A DNA stretch of 64,000 nucleotides, filler included, from Basidiobolus ranarum (GCA_040143965.1; 6 parts of 6 records of this genome joined end to end with filler, not necessarily neighbours in it); one strand, 5' to 3'; counted from the first letter of the whole stretch, positions 1 to 13,684 are shown. Numbers and translations: made by a program. Notes: generated by a model from the sequence alone, not told the origin.

Positions 1-126
1 AGTTTTCTGTATTTCCACCAAAAAGTATAAATGCTTTATTTCTGGACAATAAACAATTATCTCACAAAAGCTATTCACAACTCCACTTTTCTAAAGTTCC
101 TCCAAACAGCCTATATTTTCCCAATA
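1..126 (+). repeat. LTR family B fragment (contig edge), ending CCCAATA
   Basis: Reverse complement of the sequence starting TATTGGGAAAATATGGGC at 39413 and 42993. Confidence 0.85.
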
Positions 127-149
127 GACTTTGTATACTAGAGGCATCT

Positions 150-733
150 TGTGACAGTGCTTAAGATTACTTTATGCTTAAGATAATATGGTATCTTATA
201 TAATAGGGAAGTAAATCAATTGTTTGAGATATTCAGGAGTTTGTATCATAAAAACAAATAAAAAAGTGAGGATAATAAGACATACTTGTTATATAGATAT
301 AGAGATATTCTTATTTAGAATATAGTAGCTATAGATATTTTGCTTCCTGTTTCTGATATATGTATCATAACTAAAGTTAACTAAGATGTTGAATGAAGAT
401 TATTTATCCAACAATATCACTGTTGATCCTGAACATCCCTCAATGATAGAACATATTGACATAAGATATCATTTTATATAAGAGAAAGTTGAAGACAAAG
501 AAGTCAATTTTACTTATTGTAAACTGAAAACATGCTTGCAGATACACTAACAAAATCACTCAAAACTTCAAATTTTGAAAAGTTAAGAGCAGGCATAGGC
601 ATTTGTGAATATAAGCATAGTGCTGAATAAGAATTGAGGGAAGGTATTGGATAATTAATCTTCATTCAACATCTTAGTTAACTTTAGTTATGATACATAT
701 ATCAGAAATAGAAAGCAATGTATCTATAGCCCC
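150..733. mobile_element. Copia 3' end remnant: RNase H tail, polypurine tract and LTR family C, with an inverted LTR-C copy upstream
   Basis: ~440-610 reads EHIDIRYHFI*EKVEDKEV...MLADTLTKSL..FEKLRAGIGI (Copia RNase H C-terminus). GAGGGAAGG tract at ~636-644 is followed by an LTR start at 645. ~325-413 is the reverse complement of ~645-730. Confidence 0.75.
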
Positions 734-734
734 G

Positions 735-983
735 TGTTGAATATAGATTAATTATCCAACAACTGACTAAGAAGTTCCCAGATATATAGATTTTTCAAAC
801 TTGTGCTAGAAGCCCCAAACTTTGCACACATGTTCCTGTGACCTTGCTTAACACATTCTACATGTTAGCTTGTTTATACCTTGTCAAAACTATGAATGTA
901 TAATAATAAATCAATAAGTGGAAATCATTAATTTCTCTATTCTCTCCAAACCACTTCCAACAGGTTCCCAAAATACTTTAACA
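735..983 (+). repeat. LTR family A copy (rearranged 5' part)
   Basis: TGTTGA...CCAAACCACTTCCAACAGGTTCCCAAAATACTTTAACA matches copies at 13685 and 25175. Confidence 0.85.
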
Positions 984-1559
984 AGTAGATGTTAGCTCAC
1001 TCGGCATTTGGTAGATCAAGACTATAAAATAAAGTATAGAGATTTTTCTGAAATGTTGAAGTTTCTGGCCCTTTTGTATTTAAGCATACCATTTGAAACA
1101 TCCATAATTTCACCAACAGAAATTAATTAATATCTTGAATTCAAACAAATTTCAGCTGGCAACTTGCGTAGTATGCTAATTTCTGACCATAAATCCGGTT
1201 TCTAACTATTTGCCTCAGCCTCTCAGAAGTCCAAGCAATATTGGATGTCTAATGGAGACAACATATAACTGCCATAAAAGAGTACTAAGTAATAGTATGG
1301 GTAGAATGTCATACACTTCGTTTAATGGTACTTGGCACACAATATAGTATATTATGTATACCATTTATATAACTGCAACAAATTTTTAATTTTAAACCAG
1401 ATGTGGCTAACGAGATGGAATTTGAACGTTAACCAAACTGTCACCAATAATAATTGGCATTGTTGCCATTACGATATTTATTCGTCGATTTGCAACCCTG
1501 ACACCACAGGCATTTAGTCAAGTGCCATTATAAACTCAACAACGTTTATACCTTTAGCA

Positions 1560-3347
1560 ATGAAAACGAAGAAGCCTTTAATACCCCGTCTTGTTGGGCA
1601 ATGTTACTCAGCAATCAACGGTTTACTTTTTGATCGAAAATACTTTTTCTGGCTGGCCACTTGTCTTCTCGTAGGCGAGCTACTTCTGAATGTCTTGATT
1701 ATTAAAAAAGTTGCTTGTAAGTATTTCCTTTCATAAAAGTTCTTCAATGCCAGTTATATGAAGAGCTTATTTTTTTACAAAGATACAGAAATAGACTGGA
1801 TTGCGTATATGCAAGAAGTCGGAGGTTTTCTTGGAGGTGAATTAGATTACATAAAACTTCATGGAGATACAGGCCCTTTAGTGTATGTTACCTGAACGAA
1901 GAGTTTTTCAGATTTTCTTTTTTGTAGCCATTATTAACTGAACATTTCAGTTATCCCGCTGGCTTTGTCTATATCTATTCTGGTTTATACTACTTAACTG
2001 CCAATGGCCAAAACATATTCCGCGCGCAATTGTGTTTCGCTGGTTTGTATTTAGTTACATTACTGGTTGTTCTTCGAATCTATCACAAGATTGAAAAGGT
2101 AAATCTCTTCAGAAAATATACGTGAAGTACTTTTATTAACACTATACTCTATTTAGATGCCTCCATATGTCATGATTCTTTTATGCTGCTCGCGTAGATT
2201 GCATTCCATTTATACGCTAAGACTCTTCAATGATCCAGTTGCCATGTGCTTTTTGTACCTTTCCATCCTCTTCTTAATTGAGAGCAAATGGAAACTCGCC
2301 TGCATCCTATATAGGTATTTTTATAGTATTCTGCTTTTGACTCAATTGTTCAATAATATTGACATTTCCTCGCACTAGTGTTGCAGTTTCGATAAAAATG
2401 AATGTCCTATTATTCCTTCCTGGCCTTAGTTTGATTTTGTTTAAGGCAATGGGAGCATACCGTGCATTGATTCATTTATCTTTCTGTGTGATGTTTCAAG
2501 TAAACAGCCATCACTTTACTTTGATTTACAATGACTCTAATAACACTGCATAGCTGATTTTAGGTTTCCCGTTTATTCAGCATAACGCGCTTAGTTACTT
2601 TTCGCGTGCATTTGAATTCAGCCGCGTATTTTCATACATTTGGACCGTGAACTGGAAGTTTTTGTCAGAGGAATTTTTCTTAAACAAGCAGTTCGCTACC
2701 TCTCTCCTAGTTGCTCATCTCGCTACCCTTGTCCTCTTTCTTACTATCAAATGGACCCGGTAAGCATGCGACGTGCTATATCTTGTTGATGTATGAATTA
2801 ATCAATATCGGTAACTTTTAGTCAAGAAAAGGGCCTATTTCGAATGCTAGCGCAGGGTTTTCAATGGAGAACAACCATGAACTCGGCGGTATCATTGAGT
2901 CCAGATCGTATCCTTTTGTTGACTAGTTAACATATGGCATATGATATCTCTCGAATCTTCTTTAACTCTTCAATAGATATTTGCGAAATGATGTTCGTTT
3001 CGAATTTTGTTGGGATCGTTTTCTCTAGGACACTCCATTACCAATTCTATTCCTGGTACTATCATACACTTCCTTACTTATTGTGGAAATCACAGCTTAC
3101 TTTGATAAGCAGGTACTTTCAGATTAATACTTCTCTTGTTTCTCTTTCAACTAGCTAACTCTTACTTATATATAAAACCAGATTTTTATTGCTTGGGGCG
3201 ATTGAGTATTGTTGGAATGTTTTCCCAGCTACATTCTATAGCTCACTTTTGTTACAAATTTGCCACTTGGTTCTTTTGTTCAGTCTGTTATTTAGCTCGA
3301 CCAATCTTTCAGTAGCCCAAAAGAGGGCTTCTAAACGACACAAGTAG
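1560..3347 (+). CDS. ALG3: Dol-P-Man:Man5GlcNAc2-PP-Dol alpha-1,3-mannosyltransferase (multi-exon)
   Basis: Spliced translation has [52 protein letters not shown] and [14 protein letters not shown] at 1560; TAG ends 3347. Confidence 0.95.
2908..2976 (+). other. U12-type (minor spliceosome) GT-AG intron in ALG3
   Basis: 5' splice site GTATCCTTTT; TTCTTTAAC branch-like motif ~10 nt before AG; removal gives in-frame [13 protein letters not shown]. Confidence 0.85.
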
Positions 3348-4295
3348 TCGCTGTCATTACATTTTCCTGAACAGAAATTATGATATAAATCTAGTTATGA
3401 AATTTATCATGCTTAAGTTGTGCTTTTTGCTGTTCAGTCTATGGCTTTTATTTTAGCAACGTGTACTAGTTTGACAATGACTTCCTTCCTCCCTTATGCA
3501 GCATATTTCTAATAAAATAGAATTGATGTACGCATTTGTTATAACAAGAATTTCTCAAGGGCTAATAGAGCACGATAAAAATATCGGAATTTCCACTATT
3601 TAACAATACTTCACATGTTTTATGCTATAGTCAATGTCGGTCTCATGAATGTCCACATATCGGCACACCGAAGATAGTTGAATAGTAGTAAAAGCAGCAA
3701 ATAAACGCTCGTGTATACGACCTCATATGGAGGCACTAGGTTATAGTCAGTTGGAGATTAAACAATAGACTCATACCTATAATGAATGGTGCTGGTGTCC
3801 ATGCTTCCCTACAAATAGCCATTGCCGGCTTTTTCGAAAGATTTTAACCTTCAACCAGCTCTGGCCATATTAGTTGTTTACCAGTTAAACTTTCAGCTGA
3901 TTCACCATTTATGAGCCAATTTTAAATTGAATCGCAGGGAAAGTGTTGTTGAATTAACGCTCTTTCATCGTGACTAACAAGTATTCAAGTCAATCATTTA
4001 GAAGTATTCGAAGAATTCAAGCTTCTTGTACCAGTTCTCAGCTCAGCTTTGCCATATGTAATTAGTAACCCTAAGGCCTTTATTTAATTATTTTTAAATC
4101 AAAACCAAATTATTCAATCAAAATTATCTACATACTTGCTTCGTTTTGATTTTGGACCCCAACTTGATTTCATCGATCGAGACCTGATACCAATATGAAG
4201 TAAAAAAAATGAAGCTTTTATTCCTATCTGTTGTGACTTTACCGTTGTGCTTAGATCTCTAGTGAAATCTTGGACAACAAACTTTAACCAAGTCA

Positions 4296-5064
4296 ATGCC
4301 CAAATACTATTGTGGTATGTATACTTAAAGATATGTCACCTCATCAAGTAAACTAAGAAACCTATTTTTCACTCCGATCGCATAGATTACTGTGATATTT
4401 TTCTCACCCATGATTCTGCCTCCGTGAGAAAAGCTCACAATACCGGGTGGAAGCATCTAATGCAAGTTAGAAACTACTATGCTGGTACGCGTACTTGGAG
4501 TTTTTATTTTATTTTATCTTTGTTATATACTATTACGTAAAGCTGATCAAAAACGATGAATTTTCTAGCCTTAGGACAGGATTCTGCCCAGTCAGTCATT
4601 GATGAGATCACGAAAGCCTACGAAATGACAGGTGGTATGCCACCACCAGGTACGCTTTTATAGAATATCAATTTGTGACACTGAGAGAGAGAGAGAGAGT
4701 TTGCGTTGTTGTTTTTCTATACAAGTTTAACTCATGTTCGTTTTCTTTAGTTTATGGTGGATTTCCTGGTCCTGGTTCATTTGGAGGTATATTTCAGATT
4801 TGATTTAATTTTCATTTCTAAATCTTTTACTAATCTATTCCATTTTACGTGTAAATAGCTCCTCCGATGCATATGGGTCGTCCAATGGCTCCTCCAGTAC
4901 AGGGAGGTCCTCCACCATTTATGAGACCTCCTGGCGGACCTGGTATGCCACCTTTCCCATCCGGTCCACCTGGCCATTACCCATTACCACCACATCAACA
5001 CCCTTCTCCTGGTCAACAACCACCTTTAGGACAAGCACCACGGTCTAGTGGGGAAGAAATGTAA
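4296..5064 (+). CDS. SNRPC: U1 snRNP protein C (multi-exon)
   Basis: Spliced [30 protein letters not shown] (U1-C zinc finger) followed by a Pro/Gly/Met-rich tail. Confidence 0.95.
4683..4699. repeat. (GA)n microsatellite in a U1-C intron
   Basis: Direct GA dinucleotide run. Confidence 0.9.
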
Positions 5065-6012
5065 AAAGAAATAAGATTCAAGCCTTCAACAGTGTAAAGA
5101 TAAATTGAAGTTGGTACGAATTGTGTTTATACATACTTCGTATCTTACACAAGTATTATTAATAAACAATTGGATTTTCCTTAACATGAAGTGAATATAC
5201 CACTGAATTTAGATATGAAATGAAAATTTCGAAAATATGGAGGGAATCATCCACGTTTTGGAAAATACGAAATTTGCTTTATTATTTCTCATCAGCCATG
5301 ACTTGTAAACATCTAGAACTTAATTTGAAGTGTTCCTACTTCAACTCCTAATTAAGATTGTCACTACATAATCGCTACAAAACATTGCCAATTACTGAGT
5401 AGTTTCAGAACATCAAATACATCCAGCATAAGGAAGTTTCCAAGTGGCTTTTAAACCATTGCTTCTGATGGTACTCGACCATGTGAAGGATTACAATCAT
5501 CATTAAGGAAATCCCAATTTCCTATCTCCACTAAAATATTACCCAAGGTGCCATGAATCTGTGGATTTTGTAACACGCCCACGGTCTTGGTTATTCATGC
5601 TTGCCATTCATTCCAACCATCTCCACAAAATTTGAGTATCCCGAAAGGAAGTTACAGACAATTCATCTTTATTTGAACAAGTATCAATATTTAATCAATT
5701 TTTTATATGGGTTCCAGACCATGCATATGGCACACCCCTTGACCTCTCCACCAAATATGGGCGGAAGAGGCAAAGGCAGGAATTTATCAACAAAGGTAAA
5801 TTAATTTACGCTGTACGATATGAACAAGTTTTCTATCTGATGTAGATATTCCCCGCCGTACTCCAAAGATAATCACAATAGAGAGCGAAGATGTAAATGC
5901 TAATTTAAACAGAGTAACAGCTTGGAAATATCAAAATATATATATACAGGAGGATGAAGAAATTCAGTCAATACTATTGTCCGATTCCTCCTTTACAATG
6001 TTTACAAGGTAC

Positions 6013-6759
6013 TTAGAACATAGACCCACTTTGATCTGGACGAGCGCCAACACTGTAAGATCTAGGCCTAGGCTGACACTTCTCAAATGAATGGTTAATT
6101 GCCGACTTGTTAGCAGTCATCTGAGGAAGACCGGCAGGGGATGCCTCAATAGACGGATCAGCGATATTCAAGTGAGTAGTGGTGTTGGACGAATGACAGG
6201 GCTCATAAATCTTCACATTGGAAGCAGCGGCTGGTCCACACTTATAGAACATAGTATCCAAAGGAAGGGGATTTTGGGTACGGAAGATAGGAGAGCGACC
6301 AAGATATTCGCAAAATCCCTGTTTCTCAGCAAAGTCATCAAGAGTGGCAACCTCCGAAGGTTTAATGTTACATACACCAAAGCGGGGGGATGAAGGGGCT
6401 GAGGGTTTATGAATGATTTTAAAGAGTTCCGCAAACGCCTCCCCGGAGTCATCTCCATCCACTTGATCTGACAGGGAATCACTGTCAAAACTGTCTTCAT
6501 CACTATCCTCATCTAGGTTGGGTAGAGTCCAAGAGAAACAGTCATCGACTTCGGAGCTAAAGCTACCGGCGCGATACATCATTTTCTTGGGGGAGGGGGC
6601 AAGGATGGGAGAATGCTGCTCATCAGAAACGTTATTCAAGGGAGATGGGCGAAAGGGTTTAGTGGGAATTGACTGGGCGGAGCAGATGCGAGGAGATTGA
6701 GATCTTTCCAATTGGGGATAAGAACGGTAATACTGGGGGACGGAAACTTCAGAGAGCAT
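6013..6759 (-). CDS. Hypothetical Ser/Pro/Asp-rich protein, 248 aa, single exon
   Basis: Open 248-aa ORF with TATAAAT (~6871-6877) and two CCAAT boxes (~6897, ~6946) upstream on the minus strand. Confidence 0.7.
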   Translation of the reverse strand: MLSEVSVPQYYRSYPQLERSQSPRICSAQSIPTKPFRPSPLNNVSDEQHSPILAPSPKKMMYRAGSFSSEVDDCFSWTLPNLDEDSDEDSFDSDSLSDQVDGDDSGEAFAELFKIIHKPSAPSSPRFGVCNIKPSEVATLDDFAEKQGFCEYLGRSPIFRTQNPLPLDTMFYKCGPAAASNVKIYEPCHSSNTTTHLNIADPSIEASPAGLPQMTANKSAINHSFEKCQPRPRSYSVGARPDQSGSMF

Positions 6760-8957
6760 GATGAAATCTACAGTCAGTGAAGAAACTTTAAATGTTACAA
6801 TGGCACGGATATGAGGTGAAAATGGAATAACCAGCTTTATCGCAGACTGGGATTTCTGGGAGCACCCACGATTTATACAGAACAGACAGCATTGTGATTG
6901 GCTTCAGTGACCTGTAGGATGTAGGTATTTGACATCAAAGATCAGATTGGTCACAGAGCTGAGATCGGTACCTCCATAAGATGTGTATGTGGCACAAGAA
7001 TCGCAGAATTAAGAGAAGAATTCCACAAAGTGCGTGAATTTCCGTATATGTGCTAACCTGCAGTGTTTAATGGTAAATCTATACGTTAATTTCAAACAGA
7101 GACACCCCATGAGAGTGGATATGACATCAAGATCTGCCTCTCTTCGGTGGGCAAGAGTAGGCAATCCGGATCCTGCAGTATAATCCGCTCAAACCCTTAG
7201 ATTCACGGCATGGACCCCCGATTCTCAGCATGGCAGCCGAAAACACTGGAAAGGCAGAAACCTAGCAATTCCTGATCAAGGAACTCCAGCATATGAATGA
7301 GCTCAAGCACCAACAGGGCATAGAGTGGGCTCTTGGGCAATATCAACAAATATACCTGTGTCGGTAAGGGATGGATTCATTTATCTCTTTACTTCCATCT
7401 GAAACTGCATTGAATCAGAGTCGATGATTTCCAGATTGTTTGTTGGTGTCGCTTCCAAAACTGTTACGCGCAATGTGCACACCGTACAGGATCTTGTTTC
7501 ACAAATTCCACTAATTTATGAAATCAGGAGAAACCCTCCAATAGAGAGAAATGAGTGGCTTGAGAATCATTATTATCAGAGCCTCTCGTATGTCCAGTCA
7601 ACAGTTTCTATATCCATTAACAGCTGCGTCAAATATTGCTCAAATCGCTACTTATTGGATCAAGATCACCGAAGCCCGTGATAGAGGTGCCTCAGAGGAG
7701 CGTGATCCGGGTACCTCTGTAATCCGTGTAACATGGCGGTTTTGATGGGATCCTCTGCTGTACTCACTGCGCGTGTAGCATCCCACGCTCATGACATTGT
7801 GAGCCTTGACTGACATTGCACATGGCATGAAATACATTTTAACGTCTGACGGGTTCCCACCAATTACGTCTCTCATCCACCACTCTCTTACCTTTTATTG
7901 TCGGTTGAGGTGGGCCTAGAATTCACCACTCTCTATATAGGCTGCTTCTGCATTGTGATTGGTGCAGAGGCTTCAATGGGATGAACGACGTATCACGGGA
8001 AAACACCTTTCTGTCCTAAGGAGATTTTTCGGAACCGAGTAACAGCCGGTAGCAAGGGAGTACACGCTGTAAAACCAGTACGTAACAGGAGTAGCTATAC
8101 ACGGCACCAGAGTGAAGAGGAAATAAACCTTGGTTGAAAAGAAGCGTGTAAGCCGAGACTGGTGTTGGAGATGAGTCTCTAGTGTGGCGAATTGTATTTT
8201 CATCTTTACTACTTTTTGGCCGGCCACGTCGGTGCTTGGAACTGGAGTAAGCCATCCGCTAATCACTGAGACAAAATATGGTTTTTGAAATTGTGGTTCA
8301 TTGAATTGCATTTGTCAGTATACATTGCACACTACTGGCCAGTCGGCGAATCTAGCCCAGCCAATTCGTGATCAGCCAAGGCGGTATATGGAGTCTTGCT
8401 CTATAGGAAGAGTGGTGTGTCTGCATGTGCTCAGGTCATACTAGGTTAGGATGGTTGAGGAGAATTCTCCTGTTGTGTTAATGCAAGAGGTACCAACGGG
8501 ATCAGTTGTAACCTTAGTTGGACCACTTGGATTGCCTTATTCTACTTCTCTGCCACATATTTCTGCTTCTTTACTACCATCCAGGAATTCTGATATGCTT
8601 TTGATGTACCTTATTGCCTCAGCACTATGATAGGCCTAATCATACTGCATGATCTTTCTACATAAATATCCACGATGTGGCACTATAAAGTAGAGCTGGT
8701 CCGATGTTGCAGCCAATATTGACACCTTGCAAACTTTAGCTTTGCAGATCTTTCAGTGCTAGCAAGATGTGATGGATGGTGAAGGATAGCTTGTAGTGAT
8801 GATCACCAACAGTGACTGTTAATTGGCTTACTCAGCCTGATAAGTGAAGGATCGTTTCAAATTGATGTATCGAGAATTATTTGAAATAGGCCTCTTTTTG
8901 TTAATATCGATTTAAGATAAGCTTGTCATAATCTTACAGCACTTGCCTATTGAAGAA

Positions 8958-10729
8958 ATGGCGTTGATGTCAGAAGCTCCTTCCAATTTACTTGACAGTG
9001 CCTCGGAACAGCCTGACCAAAGCAGGATTCTAGATGGTAAAAATACTACGTTGGTTGATTCAATTCAGCCACAAGAAGTATCGTATATTCTGAGAAATCA
9101 GTATATTGCTGGTCTTTTGTCGTTGGGGGAAAAAACCATTTCCTGGAGTCCAACTTCAGGTAATAGTGTGTCTTGCCACAAAGGAATTCAAACGAATTTT
9201 ATCACTCATTCAAATTCCCGATATTTAATAAGTAACTGCTAGTAACAGCTTCGTAATTCCCTTGGAGATGGTGTTTTCCGTGCTATTTACTAACTCTGAT
9301 AGTAACTTCAAATCATTGCTCAACTGTCACAAATCCCTCAGTGTTAATTCTTCCTCTCAGTTCACCTTGTTTGGATATGATAAAAACCGAGGCGTGACTA
9401 TTAATAGTTGGACTTTCTCTTGCTCTACTGCTAGCGAAGCGAAATCTTTAGTGGAGAAGATTCAAGCTTTTCTCCAACCACCTGGTATTTATCTTACAAA
9501 CCTTATACAAACGGAGAAATTAATGTGCTAAGCAATAGACTCATAGGTACACGAAAGGGGGCCAGCAGAAACCTTTTGTTGTTATTGAATCCAGCAAGTG
9601 GCACTAAAAAAGCCTTATCGATCTACGAAAACATTGTCAAACCTATGCTAGAGATGGCACACGTTGACCATACACTGAAACGTTAGTAGTCAAAAACAAT
9701 GTACGAAATCTTTAAGATTTGATATTAATCCTTGTTGCATAGAAACCGAGAAGGCATTACACGCAAGAGAGATTGGTGAAACCTTTGACTACTCACTCTA
9801 TGATGCGGTAGCAACCATAAGTGGTGATGGTCTTCTTCATGAATTCTTGGTTGGTGTTGATACTCGGTTTTATGTGTACCTATTTATACTTATATAATTC
9901 CCTGCAATTAGAATGGTATGTTAACGCGAAAGGACCGGGAAGAGGCCAGAAAAACTCCTATCGGCATAATCCCTGCTGGTACACTACACAGATAGTCTCA
10001 GTCTTGGAGATTCTTCCACTTTACTAAACCCATGTATATAGGATCTGGAAATGCCTTAGCTAAGAGTGTCGATACTGTAACCCCGGAACTGGCCGTGCTG
10101 AATCTCATTGCTGGTATTTATTACTTGTTCCTTTTTGAAAGTATAGGGGGAAGACTTATACGTATTTACTTACAGGTTCTACCAGACCTTTTGACATAAT
10201 GACTATGAGACTTGCCGATGACTCTATTCGTTACTCTTTTTTAATGGCTACATGGGGATATATTGCAGATGTGGATATCGAGTCTGAAAAACTGCGATGG
10301 GCAGGTCCTGCTCGATTGACAATATACGCCTTCATTCGTCTTCTGAATTTGAGATCTTACCAAGGGAGAATTCATTATATCCCGTTTGATGCACCCGTCG
10401 ATGAAGCAAACAACTCTTTGAAGGTTGAGAGTAATTTTGAGTTTGCATACGTTAATGAAGTTTCGGTCCCGGTTACACAGAAGCTAGAAGAGCCCTGGGT
10501 TACTCGTGACTGTTCTTTTAGTCAATTCTTTGCTCTCAATATTCCATGGATATCTGCCGAGTTTTTGGCTTGCAAACACAGTCGCCTGAACAATGGCTAT
10601 ATTGATCTCATTTGGATTGAAAAGGTACCGCGTAGTAAGTTTCTTCAGGTCATGATGGACCATGACGAAGGGCAATATATAAATCGCGACTTTCTAAATC
10701 ATAATAAAGCTCGAGCCAGCATTTTGGAA
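8958..10729 (+). CDS. Sphingoid long-chain base kinase (LCB4/LCB5, sphingosine kinase family), 3' truncated by linker
   Basis: Spliced motifs LLNPASG, SGDGLLHEFLNG, GIIPAGSGNALA and WGYIADVDIESEKLRWAG. Confidence 0.9.
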
Positions 10730-10829
10730 NNNNNNNNNNNNNNNNNNNNNNNNNNNNNNNNNNNNNNNNNNNNTTAATTAATTAANNNNNNNNNNNNNNN
10801 NNNNNNNNNNNNNNNNNNNNNNNNNNNNN
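10730..10829. other. Artificial contig linker (N44-TTAATTAATTAA-N44); identical linkers at 21554-21653, 32370-32469, 43174-43273 and 53968-54067
   Basis: Identical 100-bp spacers with six-frame stops. Intervening contig lengths decrease monotonically (10724, 10716, 10704, 10694 bp). Confidence 0.97.
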
Positions 10830-13042
10830 TAGGGTACTTTGCTAACAATGTTCAACAAATATATAGATCATATCAAGCCCGAGACAGTGTCTGAGGGCTG
10901 CACTAAAAAGGACGTTTCAGAGCATGAACCGGCAAAGAATACAAAAAAGCGAAGAAAGTCGAAGAAAAGCAAGAAGAAAATGACTGATGATAAATCCGAA
11001 CCAAATGCAGCACAATCTGAGATAATTGTCAGTGAGGACAAAGAGAGGATACAGCCCGAAGCCTCTCATGAGGGTATATACTCAAAAATATGTACTCCAA
11101 ATTTGTAGCCCATCGTATTAAACCTTTCATAATTCATACTAGATAGTTCGCATCCAAAAAGAAGCGTTGAATCTAAAGAAATTACTTCAATTGATGCTTC
11201 CAAGGAAATGGTACGAGACTTCCCAAATGAAGATCTCGCTATTCCTACCATCGAATTGGACGCTGCCAATGTGAAGACTACGCCTAGAAATATTCCTAGA
11301 AGCCCCAATAAAAACAAGCTGAGCCCTGCTGTCCGTACCAGAAAACTAAGCAGTGTTGATAAAGAGAAAGAAAATCCGATTTTTATTTCAACTGATGATC
11401 ACCTTAGTGATGGATCCTACGATTCAACCTTTATCAGTGAACTTCTGCAAACACAGAAGAAACTCAGCAAGGAAGGTCTATCAAGTGAACAATCATTGGG
11501 CAGCTCTGATGTTCTGATAAAAAAGGAGGAATGCTCAAATGTCTTTAAGAATATTACGGAACCGACTATAAGAATTCAGAAGGGCTTCCTCACTCCACAG
11601 CCCAAGACAGCCAAATTACGTCCAGATTTTGGTGTATCACCTCGACTGGATAGAGGCAAAGATATAGGATTACCTAATTTGGGAAACTTATTGAGACGAA
11701 CAAAAGGAGATAGCTTTAGTCCTTTGATAAATTCTGACCGGATAGATATTAAGAACATTGGAGGAGCTAATTTCAAAGGAAAGAATTATATCCGTCATCG
11801 TGTTCATTCTGAAGCCAGTGCTCAAAGACCGCCCACTGCTCTCCTCAATATGTTTGAGAAGAACGAAAGTTTCAGAAATTCACCTAAATCAGACATGGAT
11901 CTCGACGTTCTTCCCGAAGGGTTTGCAACACGTAGGGCCCGCCTGTTTCGCCAACAGAGAAGTGCCAACGTTGAATCAGAAATTGCCAAGAAACTGGAAT
12001 GGCTCTCAGCTCCTCCTATTTTAGGTCCAACGCGCCCCCCTGACAAGAGACCTCCCATATCTCCTCGATCTGAAAGATACCTCCATGTAAAGAATGGAGA
12101 TCCCGAACGTTTAGATACTTCTGATAACGACGGAACTCAGGAACTTAAGCTTGCAAATAGTAGAGAAGGTACGGTCATGCTAGCAAGCAATATTTTGTAT
12201 TATACAATTTCATTTATTTCCAAACTTTCCTAGCTTTTGTAAAGAGATCATACCCTTCGGTAGAAAATCAATCATATACTCTACCCATTTCACCAGTCTA
12301 TCTATGTCAGTTGTATGAATACTCAACAGATGTCATCGAGAGGATCCGCTCTACGGAAATGACAGGCTTAAATCGACCAATGCGCAGAGCGTTCGACGTG
12401 AATGAACTATCAAAGACAAGCCACTCCATGTTAGATGACATAGTAAAAGAAATAACCAATATGCATCAGCATTTCCAGGTGGCGGCACCACAAGAAGATA
12501 GTGGTAATGCCTCCAAGTGCAGCAAAAGTCAGTCACAGCTGATCGGGTTCAAGGAATTAATCAAATTAATACAGAATCTTTTGAAGGATATGGCTTTACT
12601 ACGTATGACTTCAAATGATTACACCGTGGCTTATTACCGCTTGCTAGATCAGAAACGACAAGAGGCCACTGAGGAAGCAGGATTCCCACCCAACAATACC
12701 AGCTCAGCTTGCCATTCAAGGCTTCAGAAAACTCCTCGGAATCCAAGAGCTCAACCTCAACCGGTCTCAGTTACTCAGCTTACACCACTAACTGGTACAT
12801 TAATTTCACCTGTCTCCCATATCTCAGGAGATCTTAATTTGTGTACTTCACAGCTCTCTGCATTAATTTCAAAGAGTTCACCAATTACGCCAACTGCTCC
12901 TACGTCTGAGCCTGAGATCTGGTATAATCGATTCGGAATTCATAGATGCCACGGATATCAGCATAATTCGCATATCTGGTGCAGTTCGAATCGACTAGAT
13001 ACTGCTGGTCTATACGAATCCCGTGGGAATCCCTACTACTAA
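10830..13042 (+). CDS. 3' part of a large multi-exon hypothetical protein (low-complexity, with a helical C-terminal segment), 5' truncated
   Basis: ORFs 10839-11108, 11208-12233 and 12311-13042 join in frame through GT-AG introns (~11074-11143, ~12169-12233). No family recognised. Confidence 0.7.
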
Positions 13043-13379
13043 AAGGGTGTATTTTTGTTCCAATTAATTAGTATTACATATTTATATAATTGCACACTAT
13101 ATTTGTACATAGGGACACTTGGATGTACAAAATTAAAGTCAACATCTCTTAGTTCAGCCAGCGAATAATCATTAATCTATTGTCTAGCTAACTCAATCAT
13201 GTCCCAAGTTATCATTCCTCATATCAATAAAGGTCAACCCAGCTTCTTCAACGTCTAATAGCAAATAAATCCTCGTGACTGAATTAGTATTCGAGCCTGT
13301 AGATACGTTTAAAAATTTTTATCTAGTCAAGTATGCAATTGATAAAAGACAGTGAAACCAAAATAATGGATTTTTTATG

Positions 13380-13684
13380 GAAGTCACATGCTCATTACTT
13401 AAAAGTCAATTGTATGAAATATCTGCTGTTTGTAAAAGCATGCAACATTTTCTCCTTCATTTGATCAGTGATAAATTATCCTGACTAATCAAAATTGAAT
13501 TTTAGTCCTTCTGAAGTATGCTTGCATACAGAAATTAAATTCTTGATAATATTTGGAACATGTAGTACATCCTTAAAAGTATATACTTTCTCTTCAGAAG
13601 TGCTAGTTAAATTGATCTGATTTGTATATATTGCAATGCCATTGTATGGTTATCTCCTATGAAAATTTTTCTAATTGGGATTTC
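13380..13684 (-). mobile_element. Degenerate Copia protease-region fragment
   Basis: Similar to 41230-41500 (EEKVYTFKDVLHVPNIIKNLISVCK). Confidence 0.75.

Noticed and set aside
10774-10785. TTAATTAATTAA recurring at ~10.8-kb periodicity
   Set aside because: Artificial linker embedded in N runs; not a biological repeat.
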